64,000 bases of DNA from Candidatus Bathyarchaeia archaeon (lineage in GTDB: Bacteria; Patescibacteriota; Microgenomatia; PFEM01; JAFGMK01). The notes under the pieces were generated by a model. The model had not been told where the DNA came from. It was given only the letters and a program-made list of their open reading frames with translations, and searched no databases. Location of the stretch: NCBI GenBank assembly GCA_035529595.1, contig DATKWK010000017.1, positions 29,384 to 93,383 on the forward strand, in the 5' to 3' direction. Of this stretch, positions 1-9,410 are shown one piece after another (position 1 is the first letter of the stretch; every line of letters starts with the position of its first letter). The position numbers were made by a program, and so were the translations under genes.

Positions 1-101
1 TGAACTGTTCCCATAAAGGTCTATCACGTAAATAAGACACTTCCTTTATTGTGGGAGCTTGAGATAAATATCCCTGTAATTCTTCATAAATCGGCCTGAC
101 A
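1..101 (-). CDS. Partial CDS (N-terminus only; continues beyond window start), hypothetical protein
   Basis: Minus-strand ATG at 99..101 (plus-strand 'cat'). The frame stays open to position 1 and reads MKENVRPIYEELQGYLSQAP... No recognisable motif. Confidence 0.3.
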
Positions 102-108
102 TTTTCTT

Positions 109-2505
109 TCATCTACCCGCCCTTTCTTGAATAATTTTTTCGAGTGTCTTAAAGTCTCCTTCATTAACAAGGTGAAATCTCACTTTTCCATCATAAGCTC
201 TTTCTAAAATTGAATCCTCCTTCGTTAAGCCCTGCTTTAATGCCTTTTTCTCTTTTGGTGTTACTTCTTTAAGCTCTGCAAAGACCCAATTTTGGGCAAA
301 ATAGTACCAAACGGCTGTTTTACCGTTAACCTTAATATAGTGGTCTGAGCCAGCTCCCCCTTTGACTACTGCTACTCTGCCATCAACAAAGGTCTCTTTA
401 GTCCAATTAGGTATGCCTCTAACCATCTTTTTTACGAAAGGACTCTTAACCCTCTCGATTATTTCTTTATCCGTTTCAGCGGTACTCTTTTTGACTCCTG
501 TTGCACTAATCATTTTTAGAATAGCTGCTAACCATTCTAAAGCTGCCTCACCTTCTTTTTTAATAAAGGGTGCAATCTCACCTCTACCATGCTTGACGGC
601 ATTGCGGTACTCTTTTAGACTCAGAAATCTTTTTTCCACTTCATATTTTGACCTGAAGATTGATTGAAAAGTGTCCCAGTTCAAAAGAATAATCTTGGAA
701 TAATCCATAATGTCGCAGAAATCTAGCCAATCACGGGGAGAAAGGTCAGTTATTACTTTGGGGGGGTTCTTTTTAAGGTGTTCGCCAACTCTATTTCTAA
801 CAACGCCAACAATATCGCTAGGGATTAATGTTTTCCAATAATTTACATCTTTAGCTATCAGCTTCACGCCAATCAAATCTCTTAGCTGGTTCTCGGTCTT
901 ATCAATTGCCCTGTTAACATCATCGACCACCACCTGACCAATTTTTGACCCTGTAGCAACCGTTATTTCCTCAAGCATTAAAGCGGCCCTGGAAGCCAAA
1001 AAAGAGGTGAAATCACCTTTTTTAATGGAATCGTCATAGCGAATCAAGTGAGTTTTAAGCGTGTCTTCAAAGTCTGGGTTTTCAGAAGCGTAGTCCTCGA
1101 AATATTTACTTGGCTTCTTGTTAGAAATTTCCTTGTTTAATTCGGCTGGTAAGAAGCAAAAATTAGGAAGTGAATGGACCATTACCATCGGGTAATGATT
1201 CTGAATAATGGATTTAGGAAAGATATGGTGTTTCTCTGAGCTGTTGAAATCGGAAAAATAGGCATCACGCAAGGGTAAAAGGGAGTTATTCTTGAAATGT
1301 CTGGGGTTCTTTTTGACAAGCAAACACAAAACACCATTCTTGACGGCTGATTTGCGAGTCATCCTAATTTTCATCAGGGATTCAATGTCTGGATTAAGAG
1401 GATATTTAATAGCTACCTCTTTTCTGTCAGCAATTTTATCCATCAATTTTCTATCCTCGGTCATTAAGGTTAAGGTTGAAGCGGCGTATCTTTCTGAAAA
1501 AGTGGTTTGCCAGAACCATTGTGACAGAAGCTCCACTTGTTTCTGGTCTAGGCTTCTTGCCTTGTTCTTATAAAACAAATAGGCAATCACAGCGATTAAA
1601 CTTCGGTAAGGAAGAAGAAGGGAGTTAACAACGCCAAAATTGCTACAAGCGTAATCTATTGCCAAGCCAAGCGACTCCAGGCAAGTTTTCCAGTAATTTT
1701 TAACATCTTCTACCCGAAGCTGAAGCTGAACAACCCGAGTACAAGAACCCTTAGCAATCAAGGAAAGAGCTTGGATATAAACTTCATTGTGGATTTCGCC
1801 AAACTCTTTGGTTTTGAGTTTCTCGTTTTCTTTTTTAACTGCGACTCTTAAATCAAACTCAGGTGTCCAAGTACTTGCTGAGATTAAATCAAAAAGGTTT
1901 AATTTCTGCCCACCTTGATTGATTCGTTCAAAAATATCACAAACTTCATCCAATTCTTTATCATGAACATCAATGGCAGAAAATGGATAGTTGTTAAATC
2001 GCTGGTAGCATTCATTGAACGCCTTCTTCCGCTCAACGGTTAACCCTTCGTAAACGTCAAACCTGTCATTAGAGAGCAAATCAGAAATAGAAACATATCT
2101 TTGATTATCAGGATTTCGGTCAACAAACACCTTTTCATCCAAATCAAAGCAAATCTTTTTATAATTCCGATTGTAAAGGGTCAATCCCTTGACAGTTACA
2201 TATAGAGAAGTGAGCCTCTGCTGTCCGTCTAAAATAAAAGTTATTTTTTCGTACTTATCAGGCTTGGGAAGATTAAGTTCGGCAATATCTCTGTAGAAGT
2301 CATAATATTTGCGAGGAGCGTCCCAAAAAAAGAAAGAGCCAATCGGATACTCAAGATAAATGCTTTCTAAAAGTTTCATCACTCTAGGCTTGTCCCAAAC
2401 GAACTCTCTTTGAAACTGGGGAATGCGAAGAACACCTTTTTCAATCTCACGAATAATATCCGCCAACTTATAATCACTTTTTATTTTTATCTTTTGTATT
2501 TCCAT
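109..2505 (-). CDS. GmrSD-like type IV restriction-type protein: DUF262 (ParB-like NTPase, DGQQR motif) plus DUF1524 (His-Me finger nuclease, HHIFPKS), with a C-terminal HEPN-like R-x4-H segment
   Basis: Translation carries the ILDGQQRLTSL hallmark of DUF262 in the N-terminal region. A mid-protein SEKHHIFPKSII matches the DUF1524 (D/E)HIxP motif. EYRNAVKHGRGE near residue ~620 matches the HEPN Rx4H signature. The ORF is 798 aa. Confidence 0.8.
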   Translation of the reverse strand: MEIQKIKIKSDYKLADIIREIEKGVLRIPQFQREFVWDKPRVMKLLESIYLEYPIGSFFFWDAPRKYYDFYRDIAELNLPKPDKYEKITFILDGQQRLTSLYVTVKGLTLYNRNYKKICFDLDEKVFVDRNPDNQRYVSISDLLSNDRFDVYEGLTVERKKAFNECYQRFNNYPFSAIDVHDKELDEVCDIFERINQGGQKLNLFDLISASTWTPEFDLRVAVKKENEKLKTKEFGEIHNEVYIQALSLIAKGSCTRVVQLQLRVEDVKNYWKTCLESLGLAIDYACSNFGVVNSLLLPYRSLIAVIAYLFYKNKARSLDQKQVELLSQWFWQTTFSERYAASTLTLMTEDRKLMDKIADRKEVAIKYPLNPDIESLMKIRMTRKSAVKNGVLCLLVKKNPRHFKNNSLLPLRDAYFSDFNSSEKHHIFPKSIIQNHYPMVMVHSLPNFCFLPAELNKEISNKKPSKYFEDYASENPDFEDTLKTHLIRYDDSIKKGDFTSFLASRAALMLEEITVATGSKIGQVVVDDVNRAIDKTENQLRDLIGVKLIAKDVNYWKTLIPSDIVGVVRNRVGEHLKKNPPKVITDLSPRDWLDFCDIMDYSKIILLNWDTFQSIFRSKYEVEKRFLSLKEYRNAVKHGRGEIAPFIKKEGEAALEWLAAILKMISATGVKKSTAETDKEIIERVKSPFVKKMVRGIPNWTKETFVDGRVAVVKGGAGSDHYIKVNGKTAVWYYFAQNWVFAELKEVTPKEKKALKQGLTKEDSILERAYDGKVRFHLVNEGDFKTLEKIIQERAGR

Positions 2506-2570
2506 TTTTATTCTCCAATCATAAACTTCTCGGGTACTCCAAATAAAGACCGATGGTTGATGGTGAAAGT

Positions 2571-5321
2571 TTAATCATTATCACTATTTCTCAATAAATA
2601 TCTTCTTTCTCTTTTAAGAAATGCTTCTTTTCCGCCCTCGAGGACATCACAAATGTGTTCTTTAATACCTTCTTCCTCAATCGCCCCACAGATGATGTTC
2701 TCAGTAACATCATCTTTATCATCATCTTTCAGAACAATCACCAATTCGGCATCGGCAAGAACTACAAGGTTTGGGTCACGAGTACAAATAATCATTTGTC
2801 TTGATTCTTTTTTATCCTTTATAGTAGGAATCAAGCGTTCAATTAAAAATTTCGTATCTATGTGGTCCTCTGGCTGGTCAATAATGAGAGGGCCTCTGCC
2901 TGAACTTAGGATTAACTCTAAAACTGTTCCGCACCTTTCACCAAAAGATAAAGACTCAAGGGGTTTATTTTTGTACTTAATTCTGTTAAGACCTTCAACA
3001 CAAAACTCTTGAAGTCTTAATGACATTTCATCCCTAAGACTGGCTGTTTCTTTTCTACAAAATATCCCATTAAAAAATTTCGACTGCTCGCCCTTGGGTA
3101 ATTTTTCATTCTTTAAACAATCCTTTAATGCCTTAAACAGTTTGTCTCGTGAAGAATACTTGGCAACCAATTGATTCTTAAAGTACTCCACTTGGAATTT
3201 CTCTAATCCTACAATTCTAACTTCTATCTGTTCCTTCCATGCATAATAAGCCTTCGAAAACTGCTCTATTACCCAATTAATCACTTTTTCCATGTCAATC
3301 TCGTAACTAGCACGAATTTCAGAAGAAGAAAACTTTTGATTAAAGGCGTCAACATTCTGCTGGTTAGATTTCTCCCATTTTTGAAAAAGTCTGTTCAACT
3401 TTTTACAACTTTCTTTGTGTTCACCCCTATTTCTTTTACATTGGGTAATTTGTCCCCCCACTTTTTGAAGACTAGAAATAAGTTTTGTCCGCCTTTTTTC
3501 TATCGACTTAACTTCAGCCTCTGAAATATCAATTCCTTGAGAAGCACAATATTGCCTGTAATTCTTTCCAGCTTTAACTAGGTCCTTAGACAATTTCTTG
3601 CACTCTTTAGAGTTAGTAATCTTTTTAAGAACCTGTATTATTTCTTCATCAGTCTTATCAAATCTATCAACTAAATCGGATAATAAATTTAACTTGCCTT
3701 TAAGGCTAGGAATTAATTCGGCAATGTCTTTAGTATCAACAACAAAATATTCTTTTAACTCACTCTTATAGACAGTTAACTTTCCAGACAACCAAGATAG
3801 GCTTTCTTTGAACGAATCAATTTTTTGCTTATTTTGCGAGAGTTCTCGAAAATTATTAAATAGTTTTATAAACTCTTTGGAGTTAAATTTTTTCAGTAAT
3901 AAATCAATCTCTTCTGCCTCCTTTTGAATATCATCTTTCTGTCTTGATAATTGGTAAATTCTCAGATAGTCCTGCCTTTTGTTCTTAATTTCTTTCCTTG
4001 TCTTTTCAATTTCCTCCCATAATTCTTTTAAATTAGCATCTTCAAATTTCTGATAAACTAATGATGAGACTTCATTTTTGTCTCTAGCAATTTTTTCTAC
4101 TTTCCCTTGCGACCAATAGTCAACAGAAATTGCCGTGGCCTTATTATTGGCTTCCTCAATGCCATCTACTTCCTCTTGCAAAGACTTTTTAATCTCATAA
4201 ACATCCTCTCCTGTCTTGACGCTCAATACCACGTTAATACCAGGACACTCTTGCTGAAGCGACTCAATAATCGAAGGCTCTTTGCCTCCAATAACCGTAG
4301 TGGTGTGTTTTCCGTAGACAAAAGAAATAAGTTCAACTAGGGTACTTTTTCCAACACCCCTGGGGCCAATGACTGCAGTTAAGTTAGGGTTAAAAGGAAC
4401 ATGCTCACTTAATTGGCTAAAACAGTATTTATTTTCGGCTTCACTATCCTGTTCGCTCAAAGAAAATTTTGAAATCCGAAAATGAACGTATTGAGGGCAA
4501 TTTTTTCCATACCAAACCCGTTTCTCTGGTTCATAAATAATCTGTTTTAAACCGCTAAAAGTAGGCCTCGCCTTAATCCAACAATATTTTCTTCCAATTT
4601 CGTCAAGAGAATGAGCGTCAGAAGTAACAACGCCCGCCTTTTGCCCGCCCGTTAGCCTTAATACGTCTTCGTGTTTTAAAGACTTTTCTTTTGTCTCAGC
4701 ACTGCTAATTTCGAAGAAATCAACTTCTTTATGAACATTGACCTTTAACTGAGAACCTTTGACTGAGTTTAATGAATCCAGTCCTTTGTGTTTATCATAA
4801 TGTAAATAAATTAAGCCCCCATTATTTTTAATAATTTTATACGCCTCTCGTAAATCAACATACGCATGTTCTAGCCCCTCTTTGAAATACTCGCCATCGG
4901 TCTTTCCTTCCTTTAGCCTCGACTTCCCAAGTTTTATTAGAGCACTTCTACTTATTCCTTCGCCTTTTTTCTCACAAAGAGGAAGTTGGTTTAAAACATT
5001 TTCCTTGATTTCACTGATGTCTATGTCTTCTGGAAACAAAGCCACTGCATGAATCGGAGAATCACCCTTATCTATTCGAAATTCAAATCCAGGCAATATA
5101 GTAATTTCCTCATCGACTGCAAGAATCCTAATTGCATCAACAAGCTCAACCGACCAATGGTCCGTAATAGCAGCTAATTGTATTTTTTCTTGTTTTATTT
5201 TCTCTACTATCTGCCTTGGGGTTATTGCTTTATTTTTATAGTCATAAGAGGCAGGAGTATGAATCTGTAAATCGCACTTTGTCCAAGTGGAACCAATCGT
5301 TCCAGGCTGAGAATCACTCAT
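2571..5321 (-). CDS. PHP-domain (polymerase/histidinol-phosphatase-like) plus ABC/SMC-like ATPase fusion protein; candidate single-gene antiphage system (PPL-like)
   Basis: N-terminus CDLQIHTPASYDY...ITDHWS resembles PHP metal-binding His motifs. Walker A is GPRGVGKST at about residue 320. A long coiled-coil middle is followed by an LSFGER signature-like segment and Walker B/D-loop LIIDQPEDHID near the C-terminus. 916 aa. Confidence 0.75.
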   Translation of the reverse strand: MSDSQPGTIGSTWTKCDLQIHTPASYDYKNKAITPRQIVEKIKQEKIQLAAITDHWSVELVDAIRILAVDEEITILPGFEFRIDKGDSPIHAVALFPEDIDISEIKENVLNQLPLCEKKGEGISRSALIKLGKSRLKEGKTDGEYFKEGLEHAYVDLREAYKIIKNNGGLIYLHYDKHKGLDSLNSVKGSQLKVNVHKEVDFFEISSAETKEKSLKHEDVLRLTGGQKAGVVTSDAHSLDEIGRKYCWIKARPTFSGLKQIIYEPEKRVWYGKNCPQYVHFRISKFSLSEQDSEAENKYCFSQLSEHVPFNPNLTAVIGPRGVGKSTLVELISFVYGKHTTTVIGGKEPSIIESLQQECPGINVVLSVKTGEDVYEIKKSLQEEVDGIEEANNKATAISVDYWSQGKVEKIARDKNEVSSLVYQKFEDANLKELWEEIEKTRKEIKNKRQDYLRIYQLSRQKDDIQKEAEEIDLLLKKFNSKEFIKLFNNFRELSQNKQKIDSFKESLSWLSGKLTVYKSELKEYFVVDTKDIAELIPSLKGKLNLLSDLVDRFDKTDEEIIQVLKKITNSKECKKLSKDLVKAGKNYRQYCASQGIDISEAEVKSIEKRRTKLISSLQKVGGQITQCKRNRGEHKESCKKLNRLFQKWEKSNQQNVDAFNQKFSSSEIRASYEIDMEKVINWVIEQFSKAYYAWKEQIEVRIVGLEKFQVEYFKNQLVAKYSSRDKLFKALKDCLKNEKLPKGEQSKFFNGIFCRKETASLRDEMSLRLQEFCVEGLNRIKYKNKPLESLSFGERCGTVLELILSSGRGPLIIDQPEDHIDTKFLIERLIPTIKDKKESRQMIICTRDPNLVVLADAELVIVLKDDDKDDVTENIICGAIEEEGIKEHICDVLEGGKEAFLKRERRYLLRNSDND

Positions 5322-6475
5322 GAAACTAATTCTCCTTTCATTGCCTTATTAAGCGTGCTTTCAAAAAGTTCATTTAGTAAAGTCTCTTTCATAAAAAGAC
5401 TACTAATGTAATCTAAAAGTTGTTCTGCTTTCACTATTATTTTTTTCTGTTTATCTAACAAAGGTAAGGTTATTTCAATCTCCTTTATCCTATTAGCGTT
5501 GAACTGGGGCTGCCCCGAACCAGTTACCAACTTCCTAGCCTGTTTCCAGTATTTTTCAGTTCTGGTAAACAACCAAATAAACAAGGGTATTGCTAAATCA
5601 GGATTAAATTTAACTCTTATCAGGAATGAAGCAAACACTGATGGTTTATCATAGTCGAATAATAAAAATTTTCCATAAGTTGCACCCGTACGAGCCACAA
5701 GCAAATCGTCATTGCTAAGAACATAGGATTTAGCTGTTCTCTCATTGACTTGCACAAATCTTTTATCATGGTTTCTTAGTTTCCCCGACTCATTAATATC
5801 GGTGATTCTTATTAATCTATAGTTACCTTTGTTCTTGCCTTCAGCTGTTAATCCATACTGAAATTCTGCAATATCACCAAACTTACTAAATTTTGCACTA
5901 TTATTTTGGACGAGCTGGCCAGTTATGAAAGAATCAAATAATTCTTCTGCCTTCTCAATTTCTTGCTGGTTTAGTTCTTGGAGTTTTCGAATCGCATCCA
6001 GTCGCTCAACAATTTTGTGTTGAATCTCGAGAGAAGGAAAAGAAATTTTAATCTTTTTTAGGGCCGTAGTGCTTAATTCTTTAAAAGTGGTTCCATAAGA
6101 TACCCTTTCTAGTCTTCTTTTATTCGCCAACAGCCAATAGGCAAGAAACCATGAGCCTAACTCCTTTTTGGGTGTAATTCCTTTTATGCCTTGGTTGTAG
6201 CCCGAAGCTGTTGAAGTAATCGCTACATTTCCAATTGTTGCTCTAGTCGATAAAAGAATACAATTCTTGTCGACTATTTTGGTATATTTTTTAGCTTCCT
6301 CGCTAATTTGTCTTTCACTGTCTTCTAAAACAGAAACTGTTCCTGAAGTTATTTCGGAAGGAGTAAACCATGGGACGTCGCCATTGAAATATTGAGGCTG
6401 ACTAGTTGGTGGAGTACCTCCGCCGTTGACCTCAACTAAATTGTCCAATTTTTTTGTTTGCCAATTATTTTTCAT
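5318..6475 (-). CDS. hsdS: Type I restriction-modification specificity subunit HsdS (two target-recognition domains)
   Basis: 385 aa with the N-terminal pattern KLDNLVEVNGGGTPPTSQPQYFNGDVPWFTPSEI typical of HsdS TRD1, and a second repeat-like half. It lies in an operon with hsdM/hsdR. The stop overlaps the next gene's start (5318..5321). Confidence 0.8.
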   Translation of the reverse strand: MKNNWQTKKLDNLVEVNGGGTPPTSQPQYFNGDVPWFTPSEITSGTVSVLEDSERQISEEAKKYTKIVDKNCILLSTRATIGNVAITSTASGYNQGIKGITPKKELGSWFLAYWLLANKRRLERVSYGTTFKELSTTALKKIKISFPSLEIQHKIVERLDAIRKLQELNQQEIEKAEELFDSFITGQLVQNNSAKFSKFGDIAEFQYGLTAEGKNKGNYRLIRITDINESGKLRNHDKRFVQVNERTAKSYVLSNDDLLVARTGATYGKFLLFDYDKPSVFASFLIRVKFNPDLAIPLFIWLFTRTEKYWKQARKLVTGSGQPQFNANRIKEIEITLPLLDKQKKIIVKAEQLLDYISSLFMKETLLNELFESTLNKAMKGELVS

Positions 6476-7176
6476 TTCAGTAATCTATATACCTCCGCTA
6501 ATAAAACATCTAAATCATTAGAGAAATCTATTTGGCTATGGCCTGGAAGTACCTCTTTTTTTCTTACTTGTGTATGCAAGAAACTGTCAGCAATCTTTCT
6601 AGAGGAATTTTCCAGGTGCTTCATTTGTTCCCTAAAGCTCTTTGTCCCTCGATAATTATTAGCAATTTCAGAAAAAGACCTAGTATTAAAGATTGGAGGA
6701 ATGTGGTCAAGAATAGACCGCACTACCATGGCCACAGAGTAATAACAATTATTCTCGTAGGCTGTATTCAGCTCCTCACAAAGTCTAATAAGCCTAATTA
6801 AGTCGAAAACATCACTTTTAACACTCTTTAACTCTTTTATCCTAGACTCACTCACATAGGATACGGTTCGTGTTTTGAGAACTTTTTTAGGTAGAACTAA
6901 AAAAGAGTGTAATTTCTTCTTTAAATCTCTCTTAACCGCTAAGGCATCAATTGACCGTCGAATAATATCAATTTTTTCTTCTTCGTTAAGCTCAGAATCT
7001 GCAACTGTCATCACCCAACTATAAGTCAATGCCGACCTTGCAGATGTTATTGCTTCGTTTGGATAATCTTTACACTTTAAATCAGTCAAAGAGTAAAAAA
7101 TACGATTTATCTCATTAATTGTGCTATCGTACTTTATGCCTTCACCAAATTGCGTAGCAAGAAATTTGTAATTCAT
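6472..7176 (-). CDS. Hypothetical helical protein with an R-x4-H (HEPN-like) motif, inserted inside the Type I R-M operon
   Basis: 234-aa ORF whose start overlaps the hsdS start region (6472..6475). It contains VVRSILDHIPP (R-x4-H). There is no TM segment and no other recognisable motif. Confidence 0.5.
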   Translation of the reverse strand: MNYKFLATQFGEGIKYDSTINEINRIFYSLTDLKCKDYPNEAITSARSALTYSWVMTVADSELNEEEKIDIIRRSIDALAVKRDLKKKLHSFLVLPKKVLKTRTVSYVSESRIKELKSVKSDVFDLIRLIRLCEELNTAYENNCYYSVAMVVRSILDHIPPIFNTRSFSEIANNYRGTKSFREQMKHLENSSRKIADSFLHTQVRKKEVLPGHSQIDFSNDLDVLLAEVYRLLK

Positions 7177-7185
7177 ATTAAGGCC

Positions 7186-7896
7186 TTATCTATCCTTTTT
7201 AATAAATTCAAGAAATTTTTCCCCAAATTCAGTCAAAGGTCCGAAAAATGTTCCACCATATCTACCATTTTTGACGGAAATTAAACCATAATTCCCCAGT
7301 CTTGCTAATTTGTCTTCTAAATCAATTTCATCTTCTCTTTTTTGGAGATAACCTGCCTCTTTAACATCTCTAATACTAATGCCCCTGCTTCCATCGACAT
7401 TAATCTTAGCTTCAGGATTCTCTTTTTTTTGTCTCTTAAGGGTGGCCCGAAGAATTCCGTCATATTTTTCATTAAGCCAAGCTAACCTATGTAGCTCATC
7501 AAAAGTAATCGAATTAATCGTCAGAATAATCTTGGAGTGATAATCAAAGGAGGGATAAATATCTTTATGAAGTTGGGAAATATAATTATAGTAGAGTCGT
7601 CTTTTTCTTCTGGATTCTTCCTGCAAAACATTCAGCAAAATTTTATGGAGAATGTCTTTAGCTTTATCGTCTCTTTGGATTAGCTCTAATAACTTTTTGG
7701 CTCCAACTTCATTTTTAACTTCCTTAATCCTGTCACCTCTCCATTTATCAACTAGAGACCAAATCCCTGATGCTGCTGCCGTACCAATGCCAACAAAGGG
7801 AGAAAATACAGAAATTACCGCCCCTGCAACAGGAAGACCTAATTCCTTAACAACATCCTTGGCTTTATCTTTTTTATTCTTGTTATTCTTGCTCAT
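7186..7896 (-). CDS. Hypothetical membrane protein with a Gly-zipper-like single TM segment near the N-terminus, inserted inside the Type I R-M operon
   Basis: 236 aa with a Lys-rich N-terminus followed by LGLPVAGAVISVFSPFVGIGTAAASGIWSLV (GxxxG-rich hydrophobic segment). Its stop overlaps the hsdM start (7893..7896). Confidence 0.5.
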   Translation of the reverse strand: MSKNNKNKKDKAKDVVKELGLPVAGAVISVFSPFVGIGTAAASGIWSLVDKWRGDRIKEVKNEVGAKKLLELIQRDDKAKDILHKILLNVLQEESRRKRRLYYNYISQLHKDIYPSFDYHSKIILTINSITFDELHRLAWLNEKYDGILRATLKRQKKENPEAKINVDGSRGISIRDVKEAGYLQKREDEIDLEDKLARLGNYGLISVKNGRYGGTFFGPLTEFGEKFLEFIKKDR

Positions 7897-9410
7897 CTGA
7901 TAAATCCCTTAACTTTCTTTAATTGTTGCTGAACCTTTTTATTAATTTCCTCAACCTCTTTGAATATCTCTTTTGGTTCTCGATATTCAGTCTCATCATC
8001 TTCAATGGGTTTGTAAGCTGAAGCTGAAAGAATGTAGTCATTTTCATCAATCTGTTTTCTGGTAGCGTACCAACTCCTGTCTGATTCGGGTTTGTCTTTC
8101 CATTTTTCAATTAAATCAGGCAAATCATTTTTATCTGGAGTTGGCCTCCTTTGAGTAGATAGTTGGAAACCGTCAAAACGCACTTCATAAAACCAAACTT
8201 TTTCCGTTTTCTTGCCGTCGTTATTGAAAAAAAGAACACTTGTTTTAACGCCTGAATAAGGCTGGAAAACACCGCCTGGCAAAGAAACTACAGCTACAAG
8301 GTTTCTTTTGTCCATTAGGTAACGCCTAATTTCTTTTGAAGCCCTATTTCTATTAAAAAGAATACCTTCGTTAACAATCACCCCAGCCCTACCACTTTTT
8401 CTTAAAGCATCAATCATTAAGCCTAAAAAGAGAGTGGTTGTATCGTTGGCCTGAACTGGGAGATATTTTCTGATTCTTTCTTTATTTACACTGCCTGCAA
8501 AAGGAGGATTAGTAACGACAACGTCAAATTCTCTGTCTTCCCATTCATCAGGACTGCCAGCAATAGAATCCCTTCTTAACACTTGCGATTTCTCAAGACC
8601 ATGCAAGATAAGATTCATAGTGGCGATTCTGACCATGGCCGCATCAACATCGAAACCATAAAAAGTACCAGTTTGTAAAAATTGCCATTGAGAAGGTGTT
8701 AACTTATCACCTGGTCCTTTTTTGACTTTTTGTCCACTGCCATTTCCTAGTTCTTCAATATTCTTCTTGTCAGAATTGTTTAGTTTTATCCATTCATAGA
8801 CTCCTAAAAGGAAGCCTGCAGTGCCACAGGCAGGGTCTAGCAATGTTTCACCAATCTGGGGGTTAACCAGCTGAACAACGGTTCTGATAATATGCCTTGG
8901 TGTTCTGAATTGGCCTGCTTTGCCTGAAGTAGCTATTTGGTTTAAAAGGTATTCATAAAGGTCACCCTTAACATCAGCATCTAGTTCAATAAAAGAAATC
9001 TCACGCAGCTTGTCAATCACATCTCTTAAAACAACTCCGTCTGGAATCTGAAATCGGGCTCCTGAAAAGAAACTTCTAACCGTTTCATCAGTGCCAGGCA
9101 AATTGGCCATAAAGGGGAAAACTTCATCTCGGACAAATTTATACATTTCGGTATTATCAGGAATATGAGTCCATTGGCTCCAACGGTACTTTTCATTCTC
9201 TTTATCAAAGATTGATTTATAGCCATTCTTACTGCCCATCAGCTTTGTTTCTTTCACTTTTTCGTTGTCCCATTCCTCAAGCATTTTTAGGAAAAAGAGA
9301 TACGATATTTGTTCAATGTAAGTAATGGGGTTTGTTAACCCTGCGGCCCAAAGTTTATTGCAAATTTGGTCGATGACAGATTTAAGTTCCTGTTTAGTTG
9401 TTCTACTCAT
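7893..9410 (-). CDS. hsdM: Type I restriction-modification N6-adenine DNA methyltransferase subunit HsdM
   Basis: 505 aa with the catalytic VVTNPPFAGS (NPPF) motif and the SAM-binding LLDPACGTAGFL motif. Its start/stop overlaps hsdR (9407..9410). Confidence 0.9.
   Translation of the reverse strand: MSRTTKQELKSVIDQICNKLWAAGLTNPITYIEQISYLFFLKMLEEWDNEKVKETKLMGSKNGYKSIFDKENEKYRWSQWTHIPDNTEMYKFVRDEVFPFMANLPGTDETVRSFFSGARFQIPDGVVLRDVIDKLREISFIELDADVKGDLYEYLLNQIATSGKAGQFRTPRHIIRTVVQLVNPQIGETLLDPACGTAGFLLGVYEWIKLNNSDKKNIEELGNGSGQKVKKGPGDKLTPSQWQFLQTGTFYGFDVDAAMVRIATMNLILHGLEKSQVLRRDSIAGSPDEWEDREFDVVVTNPPFAGSVNKERIRKYLPVQANDTTTLFLGLMIDALRKSGRAGVIVNEGILFNRNRASKEIRRYLMDKRNLVAVVSLPGGVFQPYSGVKTSVLFFNNDGKKTEKVWFYEVRFDGFQLSTQRRPTPDKNDLPDLIEKWKDKPESDRSWYATRKQIDENDYILSASAYKPIEDDETEYREPKEIFKEVEEINKKVQQQLKKVKGFIR

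Noticed and set aside
362-5000. Multiple 60-120-aa plus-strand ORFs (362..667, 1292..1573, 2653..3012, 3336..3524, 4107..4340) inside the GmrSD-like and PHP-ATPase genes
   Set aside because: They are antisense shadow ORFs within long, motif-supported minus-strand genes. They have no RBS and no recognisable motifs.
9026-9226. Small ORFs 7919..8110 and 9026..9226 (minus strand)
   Set aside because: Alternative-frame ORFs nested inside hsdM, which is supported by NPPF and SAM-binding motifs in its own frame.
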